Positions 29,479 through 40,079 of a stretch of DNA of 64,000 nt are shown here, in pieces. A program made the position numbers and the translations under genes. Below the pieces are notes generated by a model. The model was given only the letters and a program-made list of their open reading frames with translations. It ran no database searches and had not been told where the DNA came from. This DNA is from an uncultured Methanolobus sp. (lineage in GTDB: Archaea; Halobacteriota; Methanosarcinia; Methanosarcinales; Methanosarcinaceae): NCBI GenBank assembly GCA_963675495.1, contig OY776215.1, forward strand, positions 64,001 through 128,000. Direction: 5' to 3'. Position 1 is the first letter of the stretch; each line of letters opens with the position of its first letter.

Positions 29479-31227
29479 TCAGAATCCATGTACGATGTAT
29501 GGTCCAAATATCATGAACAGGAATGACAGAAGTATCAGCATTGCAAAGGTTGCAGCTATCAGTGCAGATACATGCTCTGCCTTTTCTTCATTACCTGTTA
29601 TCCTGAACACGAATGCGTTCATGTAGTCCCTGAATACGTGTCCACCATCAAGTGGAACAGCAGGCAGGCAGTTGAAAAGTCCTACATAGAAATTCAGCCA
29701 TCCAATCCACAGAAGGGCATTTGCAAGCCAGAATACGCCTATTCCAAAAGGTTCAGCCCAGCCGATAGGTTCATAGAACTGTGCAAGTGTTCCACTGAAA
29801 CCCGGGAATCCTTCTCCTGCAAAACCAATGATCGGCAGTCCCAGAAGTACTAGCCATCCTGCAATACCTGTTAGCATTTGAGGTATGCTCTTAAAGAGGT
29901 CAAGGTAAGCAGTGGCGGGGAATTCTCCCACAGCGATCCCAAGGGATGTTTCGACCTGACCGTCCACGCTCGTAACGACACCCAAAAAGCCTTTGTTCTC
30001 AACATCAGGGTGTTCTGTCAGGGTGACATTATATTTTGTTGTCCCTTCCAGATCTTCTGCTCCAAGTTCAACAATGACTTCCTGCCCTGGTTCACTGTTA
30101 TTCATTATGGTCCTGAAATCAGTGTATGAGCGTATTGGGCTATCATCTATATACAGAATGTTCATGCCTGCTTCAAGTCCTGCCGCAGAAGCTGGTGAAT
30201 CATCAACTATGCTCTGTATCTGTATGCCCGCCGGTTCAATGTCTGCGTCTATGACCTCGGCTCCATAGCTGGATATTACCCGGTCGGATGCCGCATAGAC
30301 TGTAACTTTTGTTCCTGTTTCAAGCCCGTCAAGATATTGCAGCATATCATTGACATTGCTTATTTGAGTGTCATCTATCTGCGTGATGACCATGTTCTCC
30401 CGAATGCCGGCTGCATAAGCAGGACTTCCTTCCTGTACATTTACGACCATGGTATCTCCGAGTGGAGAAAGTGATCCAAGTACCGGGCCAAAAAGGAGAC
30501 TGAATGCGAGAAGCGCAACAACAAAGTTCGCCATTACACCTGCTGCAAGAATACGTGCTCTTTGCTTGCGGCTTGCAATTTTCTCATCACTCTTGATGAC
30601 TTTAGTGACGACTTTCTTCTCTTCGTCATCGCCGATGTCTATTCCAAGCCTGCGATCACCGTATGGATCATCTGCTTCATTGTATTCTTCTTCCTTTTTG
30701 CCGAAAAGTTCCTCTTCATCCGGTTCAGCAAAACCTCCGATAGGAACGACTGCAAGCAGGATTCCCATGGATTTTACCCTTATGTCCTCAACGCGGCAGA
30801 GTATGGCATGTGAGAACTCATGTACTATAAGAGTAACAACAAGTGCAATTATTCCCCACGTAAGTGGTATGAATTCGTTGACGCCGGGTATGAGGAAAAT
30901 GTTTCTTGCCTCGTTGAATTTACTTGGCTCCGGCATTGAATTACTTCCAATGGAAGCTATCATTGCAATGTCGGACAATATGATAACAAGAAACATTGCT
31001 ATCATTCCAATGAACATCAGTCTGATGCCTATGTCTGCATAGACTCTCCATGCTTTCTTTGGAACTGCAAGTTTGTCCAGAAGTTTCAACCCGTGTGTTG
31101 TCCTTATCATAAGGACAGGTCCGTAAGTGCTGATATTATACTTTTTCAATATTCCTTTCCTGTCAAGCATTATTACGGCTATCCAGTAAAGAAAAAAGAG
31201 TGTTAATGCAATATTTGTTCCGTCCAA
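29479..31227 (-). CDS. Site-2 protease (M50) with two PDZ domains
   Basis: HEFSH, GGFAEPD, AAGVMAN, NCLPAVPLDGG; two SPAxxAG PDZ motifs. Confidence 0.92.
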   Translation of the reverse strand: MDGTNIALTLFFLYWIAVIMLDRKGILKKYNISTYGPVLMIRTTHGLKLLDKLAVPKKAWRVYADIGIRLMFIGMIAMFLVIILSDIAMIASIGSNSMPEPSKFNEARNIFLIPGVNEFIPLTWGIIALVVTLIVHEFSHAILCRVEDIRVKSMGILLAVVPIGGFAEPDEEELFGKKEEEYNEADDPYGDRRLGIDIGDDEEKKVVTKVIKSDEKIASRKQRARILAAGVMANFVVALLAFSLLFGPVLGSLSPLGDTMVVNVQEGSPAYAAGIRENMVITQIDDTQISNVNDMLQYLDGLETGTKVTVYAASDRVISSYGAEVIDADIEPAGIQIQSIVDDSPASAAGLEAGMNILYIDDSPIRSYTDFRTIMNNSEPGQEVIVELGAEDLEGTTKYNVTLTEHPDVENKGFLGVVTSVDGQVETSLGIAVGEFPATAYLDLFKSIPQMLTGIAGWLVLLGLPIIGFAGEGFPGFSGTLAQFYEPIGWAEPFGIGVFWLANALLWIGWLNFYVGLFNCLPAVPLDGGHVFRDYMNAFVFRITGNEEKAEHVSALIAATFAMLILLSFLFMIFGPYIVHGF

Positions 31228-31686
31228 AAAAACTCTCCGGCATTAGTGTTATTCGAATATGGTTCTAATTCTTTTTATAAGGTATATATGTTTGTCACTT
31301 TATACCTTGCAGAATAATATACTTTTTCAAGTTGGGTATGGGTAAATGAATTGTGTATTTATATATACTAAGTAAATATAATAAAATAATGGGATAAATT
31401 TATATATGTCATTTTTCAAATGTACTACTAGACGTTTGTCTGCTTTCCATCCCTTTCTCAAGGGTTAATGTAAGGATGATATATGAAACGTTTGACAGGC
31501 TTTCAGGGCTGTCTTCAGTTGTCAGTTATTCACTTGCATAAAAGGATAAGTATAAAAACAATAAAGGAAATATAGCAATTACAGAAATCCAAAACGTCGA
31601 TAAACGTTGATACATGGTTACAGTAATATTCGAGCAACAACTGAAAACCATAACACTATACCGAAATGTAACATATCCGTGAGGGG

Positions 31687-32892
31687 ATGAATGTGCAATC
31701 AATAGTTCAGGAAGCATTAAAACACACAGAGAAAGAGAAAGAGTACCGCCAGTCAATCGCAGTTAATGACCAGTTCAGTGACATCCTTGGCCAGCCCAGG
31801 ATCATGATCGTTGGATGTGGTGGTGCAGGTAATAACACTATTAACAGACTTTACAACATGGGCATCGAAGGTGCTGAAACAGTGGCAATAAACACTGACA
31901 AGCAACACCTCGATCTTATCCGTGCTGACAAGAAGATCCTTGTGGGTAAGACGCTCACCCGTGGTCTTGGTGCCGGAGGTTATCCGGAAATTGGTGCCAA
32001 AGCAGCAGAACTTGCACGCGGCACCCTTGAAGAGATCTTCAAGAACTCAGACCTTGTTTTCATTACAGCTGGTATGGGAGGAGGAACCGGTACCGGTGTA
32101 GCTCCTGTAGTTGCTGAGATAGCAAAGGAACAGGGCGCAATTGTCGTGGGTATGGTATCCAGTCCTTTCAGAGTTGAAAGGGCAAGAGCAGTCAAGGCAG
32201 AAGAAGGTCTTGAAGACTTCCGCCGTGCTGCAGACACTGTTATTGTACTTGATAACAACAGACTCCTTGAGTATGTTCCAAACCTTCCAATAGACCAGGC
32301 ATTCTCAGTTATGGACCAGATCATCTCTGAGACTGTAAAAGGAATTACAGAGACCATCACACAGCCTTCTCTTATCAACATTGACTATGCTGACATCAGA
32401 GCTATCATGAGCTGTGGTGGCGTTGCTGTAATGCTTGTCGGTGAGAGCAAGAATCAGGACAAGAGCGATGATGTAGTTCGTGCAGCGCTCAACCATCCAC
32501 TTCTTGATGTTGACTACAGAGGCGCAACAGGCAGTCTTGTACACATCACAGGTGGACCTGACTTAAGTCTGAAAGAAGCTGAAGAGATTGCCGCATCACT
32601 TACATACGAGCTTTCACCCAGTGCAAATGTCATATGGGGCGCACGTATCTGCAATGAGTATGAAGGCAAAGTGCGTGTAATGGCTATTATGACAGGTGTT
32701 CAGTCAGCACAGATACTTGGTCACCCTCAGTGTAATATTGCCAGTGAGAGCGTACCGGTTTCCAGTCGTGTATCCGAAGCACCACGCTCATACAGACGCG
32801 CAGGCACATCCGTAAACAGGGTAAGCCGTCCGGTTGTTGAACCAATGCACACCGGTGCCAATGGTGGTTCAATAATAGACATAATCCATTAA
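31687..32892 (+). CDS. ftsZ: Cell division protein FtsZ (FtsZ2-like N-terminus)
   Basis: [22 protein letters not shown] and INIDYAD motifs; start may be GTG 31693. Confidence 0.96.
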   Translation: MNVQSIVQEALKHTEKEKEYRQSIAVNDQFSDILGQPRIMIVGCGGAGNNTINRLYNMGIEGAETVAINTDKQHLDLIRADKKILVGKTLTRGLGAGGYPEIGAKAAELARGTLEEIFKNSDLVFITAGMGGGTGTGVAPVVAEIAKEQGAIVVGMVSSPFRVERARAVKAEEGLEDFRRAADTVIVLDNNRLLEYVPNLPIDQAFSVMDQIISETVKGITETITQPSLINIDYADIRAIMSCGGVAVMLVGESKNQDKSDDVVRAALNHPLLDVDYRGATGSLVHITGGPDLSLKEAEEIAASLTYELSPSANVIWGARICNEYEGKVRVMAIMTGVQSAQILGHPQCNIASESVPVSSRVSEAPRSYRRAGTSVNRVSRPVVEPMHTGANGGSIIDIIH

Positions 32893-32904
32893 ATTTAATT
32901 AATC

Positions 32905-32949
32905 GTCCGGCATAAGCCGGACCTGCCTTTCTGGCAGTTATTCTTTTTT
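32905..32949 (+). terminator. Hairpin and T-tract after ftsZ
   Basis: GTCCGGC-ATAA-GCCGGAC, then TTCTTTTTT. Confidence 0.55.
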
Positions 32950-32971
32950 AGTTTCACTACTATTTCAATTC

Positions 32972-34453
32972 ATGAAAATACTGATAGCTACAGGCAGATT
33001 TGCTGAGCGGACCGTAAGAAAGGCTGTGGGTGACCTTGCTGATGTGCTTATTGCTGATACCAAGGTAGCCGCATTCATTACTCCTCGTAAACTAATTGCA
33101 GCAATATCAGAAAATATTCTAAATTTTGATTACGACCTGATTTTCATTCCAGGTCTTGTGTCCGGTAATTTTGCAAAGGCTGAAAATGAACTTGGATGCA
33201 AGATACGCCTTGGTCCCAAACATGCCTATGATCTGGGTTTTGTGCTTCCATTTGCAGAAAACATGGAGTTTTCCAGAGATGTACCTGCCTGTGAACTGCT
33301 CGCAGATGTCAGGAGGGAGATGGCTCTTGACAAAGTGCAGGAACTCGAAGATGCTGCGTTTGTCCCGATTTTACTCGGAAATTTGAAAATAGGTGGCAAT
33401 TCCCGTATGAAGGTAATGGCTGAGGTAGTTGATGCCACAGGCCTGGATCCTGAAGTTCTTGCCTTGAAGGTGCGTAGTTTTGAGATGAAAGGTGCTGATA
33501 TAATAGACCTTGGTGCTTCCCTGCATGCAACTACTAAGGACATAAGACTTGCAATTGAAATAGCCAGGGAAAACACCAGTCTGCCTTTTAGTATTGACAC
33601 CCTTGATCCAGCACTTATCAGGGAAGCCCTGCATTGTGGTATTGATCTTGTGCTCAGTCTTGATAGCAATAATATTGGTGACATTGGTGCTGACATTGCT
33701 ATGGCAGGTGTGCCTGCTGTGGTCATACCTGATCAAGGAGAGGGCTTTGAAAGCCTTGCCAGCAATATAGACTTGGCGAGTTCAGTGGGTGTACAAAATC
33801 TCATTGCTGATCCGGTCCTTGATCCGATAGGCCACGGAATCGGCGGTTCAATTATCAGGTATATGGATTTCCATAAACAAAACCCTGATATGCCTATTTT
33901 CTTTGGTGTTGGCAACGTAACAGAACTTATTGATGCTGACTCAACAGGTGTCAATGCAACATTATGTGGTATAGGTGCAGACGTGGGCGCAAGTATCCTC
34001 TTCACTCCTGAGTACAGCAACAAGACCCAGGGTTCTATCACTGAACTGAAGAAAGCATCCCAGATGATGATGCTCTCAAAGGAGCGTCAGAGTTCTCCAA
34101 AGGACCTCGGTATTGACCTGATCGAAATAAAAGAGAAAAGAAGGCGTACAGATTCCATTCTTCCGGAAAACTTTGTCAGGGCAGAAAAGCACAAGATGTG
34201 GACTCTTGACCCAAAAGGCAGTATCGTTATAAGCATAATTCCAGATATCCACGGGAAAAAAGAAGGTTGTATCCTTGCTGAACATGATAATACATCCATT
34301 GTTGGCAATACAGCAAGAGAGGTCATGGACACAATTCTTAAAATGGAACTTGTTTCAAGAATGGAACATGCAGCCTATCTGGGACAGGAACTCAAAAAAG
34401 CTGAACTTGCCCTGAAAATGGGAAGGAGTTACTCTCAGGATGATGCTTTTTAG
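32972..34453 (+). CDS. Dihydropteroate synthase-related protein (TIGR00284-type; pterin-binding barrel plus DUF4346-like C-domain)
   Basis: GPKHAYDL, GADIIDLG, SIDTLD, GNVTELIDADS, PKDLGIDL and HAAYLGQEL motifs. Confidence 0.85.
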   Translation: MKILIATGRFAERTVRKAVGDLADVLIADTKVAAFITPRKLIAAISENILNFDYDLIFIPGLVSGNFAKAENELGCKIRLGPKHAYDLGFVLPFAENMEFSRDVPACELLADVRREMALDKVQELEDAAFVPILLGNLKIGGNSRMKVMAEVVDATGLDPEVLALKVRSFEMKGADIIDLGASLHATTKDIRLAIEIARENTSLPFSIDTLDPALIREALHCGIDLVLSLDSNNIGDIGADIAMAGVPAVVIPDQGEGFESLASNIDLASSVGVQNLIADPVLDPIGHGIGGSIIRYMDFHKQNPDMPIFFGVGNVTELIDADSTGVNATLCGIGADVGASILFTPEYSNKTQGSITELKKASQMMMLSKERQSSPKDLGIDLIEIKEKRRRTDSILPENFVRAEKHKMWTLDPKGSIVISIIPDIHGKKEGCILAEHDNTSIVGNTAREVMDTILKMELVSRMEHAAYLGQELKKAELALKMGRSYSQDDAF

Positions 34454-34578
34454 GAACAGTATTATTCTTTTTTTACAGACAAACGCCGAATGGAATGGTT
34501 GGATGTGCCTTTTTCGAATTGCTTGTCCAATATAGCTAGGCAAGTTTATATAAATGTAATATTATATTGTAATTAGCT

Positions 34579-36051
34579 ATGTCTTCTAAATACAAGATTC
34601 TGATTGTAGATGATGAACCATTAAATGTTGAATTACTTTCAGTTTATCTTAGGGATACATATGATATTTTAACTGCTTACAATGGTAAGGATGCACTTGA
34701 AAAAGTTCAAAATGAGAGCCCAGATTTGATTCTTCTTGATGTAATGATGCCAAACATGAATGGTTATGATGTTTGCCGTACTATCCGCGAAGAATTCAAG
34801 ATGGATTTCATACCAATAGTAATGGTTACAGCTTTGACTGGTAAGGCTGATCATCAGAAAGGAATCGATGCAGGTGCAGATGAATTTTTAAAGAAGCCCG
34901 TAGGCAAGTTCGAACTTGACAAAAAGATTTCCTCTCTTCTGAGAATAAAGAAGATGCATGATGATCTTCTTACAGAAAAGAACACAGCTTATCATTATCT
35001 TGATTATGTTGGAGTACTTGTTGTAGTACTTGATCTTGATTACAGGATTCTGCGCATTAATAAAACAGGATCTGATCTGCTGGGTTACAGTTCTGAAAAA
35101 TTGATAGATCGTGAATGGCTAGGGTCTTTTGTTCCTATTGGTTCGGTAAATGATGTGCGTAATCATTATGATGGCCTTGTATCAGGAACAGTAAAACCAT
35201 ATAGGCATCGTGAATCCCCCGTTATCATAAGCACTGGTGAAGAGCGACTTTTCAGATGGTATGATTCTCCATTGCTTGACAATGCAGGTAACACTATAGC
35301 CATTTTGATATCAGGGGAAGATATTACTGAAATAAAAACGGCTGAAAAACAACTTAAAGAGTACGCTGTGCAGCTGGAACGTTCAAACGATCTAAAAGAG
35401 CTTTTTACAGATATTATGCGACATGATCTTGTAAACCCTCTAAGTCTTATTAAGTCTTTTACGGAATTACTCTCTGAAATTGAGTCAGATGAGTATAAAA
35501 AAGAGCTGCTTGGAAATATTAATGAAGCCACTGGAAAACTAATTTCAATGGTAGATGGTGCAGCACATCTGGCAAAGCTGGAATCTGTGGATGATATAAG
35601 TTTTGTGAAAATCGATATTTGCTCAGTAATGGCCGATGTGATCAATGATTTTACGACTCAGATCCGCAACAAGAATATGGATGTTACTATTCAAGTAGAA
35701 AATGAGTGTTATGCTGTTGCAAATCCTATGATAGAACGAGTATTCGTTAACCTGTTATCTAATTCAATCAAATATAGTCCCCCGGGCAGCACCATAGTAA
35801 TAGATGTTGTTGATATGATGGATAAATGGAAGATAAGCTTTACAGATCAGGGTGATGGAATACCTGATGCCAGTAAATCATCTGTTTTTGAACGTTTTAA
35901 ACGTTTGCATAAAGAGGATATACGTGGTACGGGGATTGGTCTGGCCATCGTCAAAAAAATTATGGATTTGCACAAGGGACACATAGCCGTTGATGATAAC
36001 CCTGAGGGCAAGGGTAGTATCTTCTGGCTGACTCTTAAAAAAGACATCTAA
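34579..36051 (+). CDS. Hybrid sensor kinase (REC-PAS-HisKA-HATPase)
   Basis: IVDDE...LDVMMP...KP receiver; PAS domain; RHDLVNPL H-box; NSIKY, DQGDGI and GTGIGL. Confidence 0.93.
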   Translation: MSSKYKILIVDDEPLNVELLSVYLRDTYDILTAYNGKDALEKVQNESPDLILLDVMMPNMNGYDVCRTIREEFKMDFIPIVMVTALTGKADHQKGIDAGADEFLKKPVGKFELDKKISSLLRIKKMHDDLLTEKNTAYHYLDYVGVLVVVLDLDYRILRINKTGSDLLGYSSEKLIDREWLGSFVPIGSVNDVRNHYDGLVSGTVKPYRHRESPVIISTGEERLFRWYDSPLLDNAGNTIAILISGEDITEIKTAEKQLKEYAVQLERSNDLKELFTDIMRHDLVNPLSLIKSFTELLSEIESDEYKKELLGNINEATGKLISMVDGAAHLAKLESVDDISFVKIDICSVMADVINDFTTQIRNKNMDVTIQVENECYAVANPMIERVFVNLLSNSIKYSPPGSTIVIDVVDMMDKWKISFTDQGDGIPDASKSSVFERFKRLHKEDIRGTGIGLAIVKKIMDLHKGHIAVDDNPEGKGSIFWLTLKKDI

Positions 36052-36580
36052 TTTTTCTTTTTAAGGAATGTTCCTACTGTTTTACCTAATGTTTTTAGTC
36101 CAGATGTAGTTCAATTCAATTTCCATAGCTGCTTGTTCATCTTACTGGCATATTTCTTGTATCATGCAGACAATGTAAACTACTGAACAAAACAAAAGAA
36201 GATAGATGCTAAGCAAGGGCACCAATGTCCTGATATGGCACCCAGGGCGCACTCGATGTGCGTTTTTGAGAAGCGATTTTTTTTGGGGTTACTTATGAGG
36301 GTGTCTTTTACCCAGTCCATACTAGTATTATCTCTTATTTAGTTGTGAGCAATGGAATCTATGCAGGCTTACATTGAAATTTCCTGTTATTTTCTCTAAT
36401 GTGCGTCCGTGCCACCTTTACAGCTTTGGGTTTTTCATTGGTGGTTTTTGTGTTCCTGTGAATATTATTGCTTTTTGTCCGGTAATCTAAAGTGAGGTTG
36501 TATATGTGCTGTTTAGACTTATAACATTTGAACTCATTTAATAATATTGTAGAGTCATGTGAATTGGTCAGTCAATCAAC

Positions 36581-36594
36581 CGAAACTTTATATT
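36581..36594 (+). promoter_or_regulatory. BRE/TATA of mch
   Basis: CGAAAC-TTTATATT about 50 nt upstream of the inferred GTG start. Confidence 0.55.
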
Positions 36595-36640
36595 CTTGAC
36601 TGCCCAATGTCCACTCGATCAACAGGTTAAGAGTGATAAC

Positions 36641-37603
36641 GTGATAAGTGTTAACGAAAAGGGATTAGCAATAATCGATGAGATGCTTGACTGGGAAGAA
36701 GAACTGAAAGTCCAGTCTACAGAGCTTGAGAACGGTGCTACTATAATTGACTGTGGTGTGAATGTAGAAGGTGGATACGATGCTGGAATGTATCTGTCCC
36801 GTCTTTGTCTTGCAGATCTTGCAGACATAAGCTACACCAAGTTCGATCTGAATGGCCTTCCAGTACCTGCTATTCAGGTAGCTACCGATAATCCCACCAT
36901 TGCATGCATGGGATCTCAGTACGCAGGCTGGAGAATTGCAGTCGGCAAATATTTTGGTATGGGTTCAGGTCCTGCAAGGGCACTCGGACTTAAGCCAAAG
37001 GAACTGTACGAAGAGATAGGTTACAAGGATGATTCTGAATTTGCAGTCCTTGTTATGGAATCAAGTGAATTACCGAATGAAGAAGTTGTCGAATACATTG
37101 CAAAACACTGCAGTGTCGATACTGAGAACATTTACATTGCTGTTGCACCTACAGCTTCAATTGCAGGTTGCGTCCAGATCTCAGCACGTGTAGTCGAGAC
37201 AGGTATCCACAAGCTTGAATCGATCGGATACGACATCAACACTATCAAGAGCGGTTTCGGTGTTGCTCCAATTGCACCAGTTGTCGGTGACGATACAAAA
37301 TGTATGGGCTCCACAAATGACTGTATCATCTACTGTGGTGAGACATACTACACAGTTGAGTACGGAGATGCAGAGAAATTGGCAGAGTTTGTCAAGAAAG
37401 CTCCATCCACAACCTCAAGGGACTTTGGTAAGCCATTCTACACAACCTTCAAGGAAGCTGAATTTGACTTCTTCAAGGTCGATGCAGGTATGTTTGCACC
37501 AGCCAAGATAACAGTGAATGATACCAAGAGCAAGAAATCCTTTACAAGTGGAAGGATCAATCCAGGAATTCTTCTGGAATCATTTGGCGTAAAAGAAGTC
37601 TAA
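36641..37603 (+). CDS. mch: Methenyltetrahydromethanopterin cyclohydrolase
   Basis: [33 protein letters not shown] and FAPA motifs; GTG start inferred at 36641. Confidence 0.96.
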   Translation: MISVNEKGLAIIDEMLDWEEELKVQSTELENGATIIDCGVNVEGGYDAGMYLSRLCLADLADISYTKFDLNGLPVPAIQVATDNPTIACMGSQYAGWRIAVGKYFGMGSGPARALGLKPKELYEEIGYKDDSEFAVLVMESSELPNEEVVEYIAKHCSVDTENIYIAVAPTASIAGCVQISARVVETGIHKLESIGYDINTIKSGFGVAPIAPVVGDDTKCMGSTNDCIIYCGETYYTVEYGDAEKLAEFVKKAPSTTSRDFGKPFYTTFKEAEFDFFKVDAGMFAPAKITVNDTKSKKSFTSGRINPGILLESFGVKEV

Positions 37604-37629
37604 TTCTCTAACAGGCTTAAATTATACCG

Positions 37630-37664
37630 ATACAACCTTAAAGGTTGTATTGCTTTTTTTCTTT
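37630..37664 (+). terminator. Hairpin and T-tract after mch
   Basis: ATACAACCT-TAA-AGGTTGTAT followed by a T7 run. Confidence 0.65.
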
Positions 37665-37676
37665 CGGAGACAGTCA

Positions 37677-38150
37677 ATGGATATAATAAGTACTTCAAAA
37701 GGTATTGGTGGCCAGCTTACGGAATTCAGGAAAATAGTGAAAGAATCCAAGCGGATCACTTTTATCGGTACTGTCGGTTTCTGCACACCATTTGCGGAAT
37801 TGATGGCATTTGTCCTCAGGGGCACAGGTAAGGAGGTAGTATTCCTCCCAAATTTGCAATCTGATGAAGCACGTATGATAGTTTCATCTTCACAGGGAAT
37901 GCAACTTGGTGACATAACAGACCCTTCTGCAGACACGGTTGTCCTGCTTGGCGGACTTGCAATGCCAAAGATAGGCGTTGAACCTGAAAAGATGAAGGAG
38001 CTTGTAGATGGTCTATTGCAGGAAGCTGAAAAGAAACTTGTTATAGGTGTTTGTTTCCAGTCAATGTTCATGAATCAGAAATGGCCGGAACTAATTGATT
38101 TTAATTATATCATAGATGCAGACCTAACAAATGAGGTTAAAAAAGTATAA
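37677..38150 (+). CDS. DUF2124 family methanogen protein
   Basis: GFCTPFAEL, GMQLG, LLGGLAMP and GVCFQSMF motifs. Confidence 0.8.
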   Translation: MDIISTSKGIGGQLTEFRKIVKESKRITFIGTVGFCTPFAELMAFVLRGTGKEVVFLPNLQSDEARMIVSSSQGMQLGDITDPSADTVVLLGGLAMPKIGVEPEKMKELVDGLLQEAEKKLVIGVCFQSMFMNQKWPELIDFNYIIDADLTNEVKKV

Positions 38151-38203
38151 TCCAATTTGTTCAAAATTGATTATTGCTTTTGCTTATCTCTCCCATTTTC
38201 GAT

Positions 38204-39217
38204 TCAATTTATCCGGGCATCTACTACCACATGCCAGATGCCGGGAGAATATTTCTTGATCTTCCTGCACTCCAGTATTTCCACCTTTCTGCCAGATTTT
38301 GATGCTACATCCTTGATACGCTTAATTGGCCTGGAAAATATCAGGCTTTCCGGTGTAGTTTCATGGTAATGCAGGATTCCACCACTTTTTTTCAGGGCTT
38401 TGATGCCATGTTCAAGATAATGGTGTGTGGTACCCACATATCCCATAAGCACTCTGTCAGCGATCCCCTCAGGAGTAAGTTCGGCACAATCACCATTCCT
38501 TGCTTCAACTATGTCTTCCACATGGTTCAGGACTATGTTTTCCCGAAGGTATGCACAGGACTGCGGATTTATCTCAATAGCGATGATCCTTGCAGGTTTT
38601 GCGTGAACTGCCATAGGAATGGTAAAGTATCCTATCCCTGCAAACATATCAACTATGGTTTCATTAGTCCCGATACTGCTCATGAGTGATTTTTCATGCA
38701 GGTTTCCTTTTGAGAACATCACTTTTGTGACATCGAGTTTGAATAAACATCCGTTTTCCTTATTGATGGTTTCAGTGTTGTCGCCCAGAAGTATTTCTCT
38801 TTCAGGAAGTCTGAACTGACCATTTATTCCAAGGTCACGTACCACAGTATTGCATGATGGGTACATCTTGATCAATGACTCTGCAATCCTTTCTTTTAAA
38901 TGGTCAATAGAGGGGTCAATAGTAACAACAATTATGTTCCCAAGAATTTGCCATCCCGAAGGCAACATACTCAGTTCTGTTTCTGTAATGCTTTCACCGA
39001 GTATTTCTTCAAGTGAGCGCCATTTGTTGTAGAAAAGAGCATCTTCCTGTTCATATGTATCAAATCCCTTTATATCCTCAGTAACAGGTATTTCAAGAAA
39101 GCGTTCTTCGTCATCAATGACCTTTATCTTTCTTTCAAGGTCAAGCTTACCATTTTCTATTATACTAAGCCTTACGGTTTCTGCTTCTTTTACCGGTACA
39201 CGAATAACTTTCATCAT
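38204..39217 (-). CDS. taw2: tRNA wyosine aminocarboxypropyltransferase Taw2 (Trm5/TYW2 family)
   Basis: ENGCLFKLDVTKVMFSKGN, DMFAGIGYFTIP, ADRVLMGY, ILHYHE and KKYSPG motifs. Confidence 0.82.
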   Translation of the reverse strand: MMKVIRVPVKEAETVRLSIIENGKLDLERKIKVIDDEERFLEIPVTEDIKGFDTYEQEDALFYNKWRSLEEILGESITETELSMLPSGWQILGNIIVVTIDPSIDHLKERIAESLIKMYPSCNTVVRDLGINGQFRLPEREILLGDNTETINKENGCLFKLDVTKVMFSKGNLHEKSLMSSIGTNETIVDMFAGIGYFTIPMAVHAKPARIIAIEINPQSCAYLRENIVLNHVEDIVEARNGDCAELTPEGIADRVLMGYVGTTHHYLEHGIKALKKSGGILHYHETTPESLIFSRPIKRIKDVASKSGRKVEILECRKIKKYSPGIWHVVVDARIN

Positions 39218-39288
39218 AATGACCTGAGTTCTGATTTTTTAATCTTTATTAAATGATATAGCAGGTTTTAAGTATTGATACCAACTCA

Positions 39289-39314
39289 TTCGCTTAACAG
39301 CGAACATTTAAATA
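39289..39314 (+). promoter_or_regulatory. TTCG-N8-CGAA operator next to a TATA box (MsvR-type box)
   Basis: TTCGCTTAACAGCGAA (39289-39304) lies 2 nt before TTTAAATA (39307-39314). Confidence 0.65.
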
Positions 39315-39338
39315 CATTGTTGGTCTATTGGATACTGC

Positions 39339-40079
39339 ATGAACAACGGAGATAACACTGCCATTTTTTCCACTGATATTGGGTTTATTGCTCTTAATGG
39401 TTCTGTAAAGATTAAAATACTTGACTTTCTCAAAGGTGGCTGCAGATCATTTGATGAAATAGTCCAGTACACAGGAAAAGCTAAGTCCACAATTTCCGTT
39501 CATCTTAACGACCTGAAATCCCAGAATCTACTCGAAGAAGCTATTGATGCAAATGATAAAAGGAAGAAAGTCTACTTTTTGAAATGTCAGTACGTTGCAT
39601 GTTCTCAGGAACCTGGGGTGAAAAATTATTGTGAGATGCTTGGAGTTATAGGCTCTCCTGATATGAATTCATTTGGTTGTCTGAAATGTTTGTTCCATGC
39701 TGTGCAGTATGGTTTCCGTGCCTACGGGGTAAATTGTGATCCCATCATGAGAAAAATAGGGAACGATGTAGGAGCCAGTCTTTCCAGAAATTTTGTTTCA
39801 AATGAAAAGGAACAGATATTGAACGAAATGATGGCTTTCTGGGAAGAGCACGACATCGGAAATTTCAAAGTCCTGAGCAACGATCCCATAAAAATAGCTG
39901 TTCATAACTTTTTTGATTGCCGTTCAATTCCAATTGAAGAAAAGACCTTATGCTCTTTTGCACAAGGTGTTTTTGAAGGTGTCTTCAATGAGAAATTAGG
40001 CATTGAATGTGTAATGCAGATACTTGGCAAATGCGATAAGAATTGTGAATCCTGTCATTTCCAGATGGTTCTGCTTTAA
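39339..40079 (+). CDS. ArsR-HTH plus V4R transcription regulator (MsvR-like)
   Basis: FDEIVQYTGKAKSTISVHLNDL HTH; V4R domain with FWEEHDIG, FFDC, LCSFAQG and CESCHF. Confidence 0.85.
   Translation: MNNGDNTAIFSTDIGFIALNGSVKIKILDFLKGGCRSFDEIVQYTGKAKSTISVHLNDLKSQNLLEEAIDANDKRKKVYFLKCQYVACSQEPGVKNYCEMLGVIGSPDMNSFGCLKCLFHAVQYGFRAYGVNCDPIMRKIGNDVGASLSRNFVSNEKEQILNEMMAFWEEHDIGNFKVLSNDPIKIAVHNFFDCRSIPIEEKTLCSFAQGVFEGVFNEKLGIECVMQILGKCDKNCESCHFQMVLL

Noticed and set aside
31614-31682. uORF MVTVIFEQQL... as a cdrS remnant
   Set aside because: Only a superficial VT...QQ resemblance, too short, and lacking the RHH SEAIR helix.
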